64,000 bases of DNA, from contig OZ176053.1 in assembly GCA_964247055.1 (NCBI GenBank), forward strand, positions 2,604,001-2,668,000, read 5' to 3'. The position numbers and the translations under genes are program-made. Shown here in pieces: positions 61,101-64,000 of this stretch (the stretch's first letter is position 1; every line of letters starts with the position of its first letter). This DNA is from Paragordius varius. Taxonomy: Eukaryota; Animalia; Nematomorpha. Under the pieces are notes generated by a model that did no database searches, was not told where the DNA came from, and saw nothing but the letters and a program-made list of their open reading frames with translations.

Positions 61101-63418
61101 AAATTCTGCAGGTAACAAAAAAATTTAAAAATTATGGCAGCTCAATTTTTTTAAGCTTTAACAAAAGTCGAATATATTTTCAAAGGTTTTGCACAGTAAA
61201 AATTCCAAATTATACAGGCATAATGTATAAAAGAATAAGACAAGAATTTTTTTGTAAAGATCAATATATTTGATTTTTTTCCAAATATAACATTTACTGT
61301 ATATTGGGTAACACAAACAATTATATATCATAGGATCAAATAGTTTATCTATAGGAAAAAGTAATGTTTCTGTTATTTTACTTACACATTAATTTAAAAG
61401 TTATAAAATTGGATTATATATTAAATTTATTCATTTATTTTTCGAAGGATTTTTGGCTACTATAACTATTCTCTTGCATGAAGTTCCACACGAAATCGGA
61501 GATTATGCCATATTGATGCAATCTGGTTGTTCAAAACGCAAAGTATTTTATATGCTTATGAAACGTTAAAGAGTTTCAAATAAAAAACATTCATTTAATC
61601 TATAAATTAGTTTTATATATTTTTTGGTGATCAACCTAAATTTTTCCGATATATAAGTATGATCCTAATTTGAGATTTTTAAAATTGTTTAAATTTGCCA
61701 CATCGCGTTTTTATAGTTTCATAATGACCTATTATCATAAACCTATTTTAAAAACAAAATTAAATATTTTATATTACTAGTATTAAAGAATTTTCAAGAT
61801 AAGTTTATTATTGGGCCTATGAACTGTTTATTTTAACACAATATAAAGTTTATATCATGGATGTTATGCAAGCGATTTTAGACTCTTCTTCTCATACTTA
61901 TAGTATACCATTTACAAAATTCACCCTAAAAAAATTATGTGTTTTTGAACTAAAAAAACTCATTATTAATATATTTTAATCTAAAACATAATTTTTATTT
62001 TGTTAAAAATATATAAAAGTATTTATCATCCAAAAAAACATATATTTTATTTGAGGGTTTAAATTGTTTCAAGGCGATTTGAATGTTTAAGGGTGAATTT
62101 AAATTGTAAATGGTATTTACTCATATTTATTTTCGTTTAAAAAAATATATCACCCTTATCTAATAGTATTTTACAGTGTATACTCGTCTATGAATACCAC
62201 TATAAAACTTGTTTAAAATTTAAAATATGCGCCCCCTTTTCTTTTAGGCAATATTGTTACAATTTGTAACGGCTCTTGGTGCACTGTCTGGTACACTTTT
62301 GGGTTTGGCTTCGCGTTATTATTTTCATCGTTTTATCTCTACGCTTTGGATCTTACCATTCACAGCTGGTGGTTTTATTTACATTGCTTGTGTTACCATA
62401 CTACCCGATTTGTTGGATGAAAAGGAAACCGCCGAACACCAAAATGATGAATCTGTTGAAAATGTAGTACTTAAAAACAAAAAAGGATCACAAAAACTTG
62501 GTATACTCCTATATATATGTATATATCAAAAATTGATATTATACGGACAAAACGAAATATAAAGTCAAATAATTATTTTCAAAAGACCACTGTACTTTTT
62601 TAAACAAGATTTTTTAATATTACCAACTCATTGTTTATAAATTTCATGTGAAATAGAGATGTATATTGGTAACTTAATTAATTATATGTTTAACAATTGG
62701 AATAAAATAATTTACATAGGAAAAAAAGTAACATGTCTTAATATTTTTACGTTTTGTCTGTATAATTACAATTTTATATTTAATGTTAGTGGTAATTTTT
62801 CCGGATCTAATATAAGGCCCCATACTTCTAGCTACTCTATATTAATATATATATCCTTAAAAGGAGTTACAGAAAATTTTTAATATAACCTAATGTTTTG
62901 TGCGTGTGTGCGAATTCAGCAAAAATTAAAAAATACGATCCTTTTTACAATTGGTCTTTACTTTATTATAATTTTTATTTTACAGTCAAAATTAAAATCA
63001 TACGGACAAACCGTAAAAATATATAGACAATTTTTTTCAAAAGACAACCATAATTTTTTAAACCCTAATTTTTCTCATATAAAATATTTACTTACCATCG
63101 TAAAACATAATGATTGTGTTACCCACATAAATCTTTATTCCTTGGTTATTAATTTCAAATAGTAATTTATAAATAAAAAATTTAGATTTATAAAGTATGG
63201 TTGTCTTTTAGAAAAAATATATGTCTTTATATTATATACGTTTTTTGTCCGTATAATTTCAATTTTTACTTTAATATTTGCATTGTTTGAATATAGAAAA
63301 AATTCATGATGGTGTTGGATTTTTGGATCAACTGTCACCTTTGTCGCAATGTTTCCTTGAAATAGGAGCTTTAATTACTGGAATACTTTTTATGGTTTTA
63401 CTAATTTTTTATGAATAA
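58176..63418 (+). CDS. SLC39A7: ZIP7/Catsup-like zinc transporter (SLC39, LIV-1 subfamily), 7 exons, 539 aa predicted
   Basis: Exons 58176-58749, 59245-59541, 60076-60213, 60971-61111, 61448-61542, 62248-62500 and 63297-63418, all phase-consistent. Signal peptide-like N-terminus, His-rich ectodomain, [58 protein letters not shown]. Confidence 0.9.
59628..59954. mobile_element. hAT MITE in SLC39A7 intron 2
   Basis: TIRs CAGTGGTACTCA and TGATTACCACTG. Flanking 8-mers ATTCAAAC and GTTGAAAC match at 6 of 8 positions. Confidence 0.75.
60265..60528. mobile_element. TACCATTTAC-family MITE in SLC39A7 intron 3
   Basis: Left end TACCATTTACG. The right end has three 21-bp AGGGTGAATTTGA-like units and a decayed TIR. 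Confidence 0.65.
61906..62115. mobile_element. TACCATTTACA-family MITE in SLC39A7 intron 5
   Basis: TA|TACCATTTACA ... TGTAAATGGTA, with subterminal AGGGTGAATTT. Confidence 0.75.
62522..63275. mobile_element. Two adjacent copies of a long-TIR MITE in SLC39A7 intron 6
   Basis: ~62522-62778 and ~62983-63275. Each has ATACGGACAAA at the left end and TTTGTC(C/T)GTATAATT at the right end. The second starts TACAGTCAAAATT (Tc1/pogo-like). Confidence 0.65.
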
Positions 63419-64000
63419 ATTTTCTTTTGTATGTTAACTAATGTGCATAGAAATAAATTTATATTATGTACTTATAATTATTTTTATCACATTCATTACA
63501 ATATGATTTTTATCTTAATCTAATTTTATGTATGTATATTATATTGTCTACTATTTTTAATGCACTGACTTATATATTATTACAGCATGTTTAGACATAG
63601 AATAAATGGGCATTTGGAAATTTATTCAGTATTTATTATATTTCAATAGTATTAACACTTAAGAAGGGCATTTTTTATAGAAGCAAAGGTATTCTAAGAG
63701 CAGAACGTTGTTTTATGATCTATGACATCTTATAAATTACTACTTTGTCAGAAAAACGTATTTGAAATCTTTTCTTTTCTTATGAATAATATTATTAAAT
63801 AAGAATATATCAATTTTTTTCAAATGATCCAAATAATTTTATGATAAATGTGCTCCTAGTTTGATTTTTATGGAGAATTTCGGTTTTAAATATAATATGT
63901 TCATGGCCTTTACGTCGAGTTCACCAATTAAAGGTTGCAAAAAAAACCGATAAAAAGCTTAATTTTTGACGTTAAGATCCTTAAAGTAGTGAGGCTCTCT

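Noticed and set aside
62785-62850. Possible extra SLC39A7 exon ([11 protein letters not shown])
   Set aside because: The phase-compatible reading hits a stop and has no donor; exon 6 joins 63297 cleanly.
1-64000. tRNA, rRNA, snRNA or SL-RNA genes, and an alternative genetic code
   Set aside because: No convincing cloverleaf or snRNA signature was seen by eye (an Infernal/tRNAscan run would be decisive). All gene models read through with the standard code once micro-introns are removed.

Overview
Very AT-rich eukaryotic (animal-like) genomic DNA, organised as small gene islands separated by transposon debris. Eight genes are recognisable: a PET-domain protein (-), MSH2 (+; 23 exons, 905 aa as I assembled it), an intronless BTG/Tob-family gene (+), MBLAC1-like (+), a head-to-head EEF1AKMT2(-)/TAF12(+) pair and a head-to-head SPRTN(-)/SLC39A7-like(+) pair. 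The ORF track misses most exons because of the most striking feature here: at least 16 GT-AG introns of only 21-29 nt. Removing each one restores the expected conserved protein alignment. They coexist with TE-filled introns of 0.3-2.4 kb, and in MSH2 and SPRTN the micro-introns are confined to the 5' part of the gene. Repeats include several hAT elements (two with intact 8-bp TSDs), a TTAA-flanked piggyBac-like MITE family (about 9 copies), TA-flanked MITEs, foldback elements, RTE and R2/NeSL-type LINE remnants, and a diverged ~155-bp tandem array. I found no rRNA, tRNA or CRISPR array. Gene models were built by hand from GT-AG boundaries, frame continuity and remembered protein motifs; there is no transcript evidence, and the organism cannot be identified from this window.
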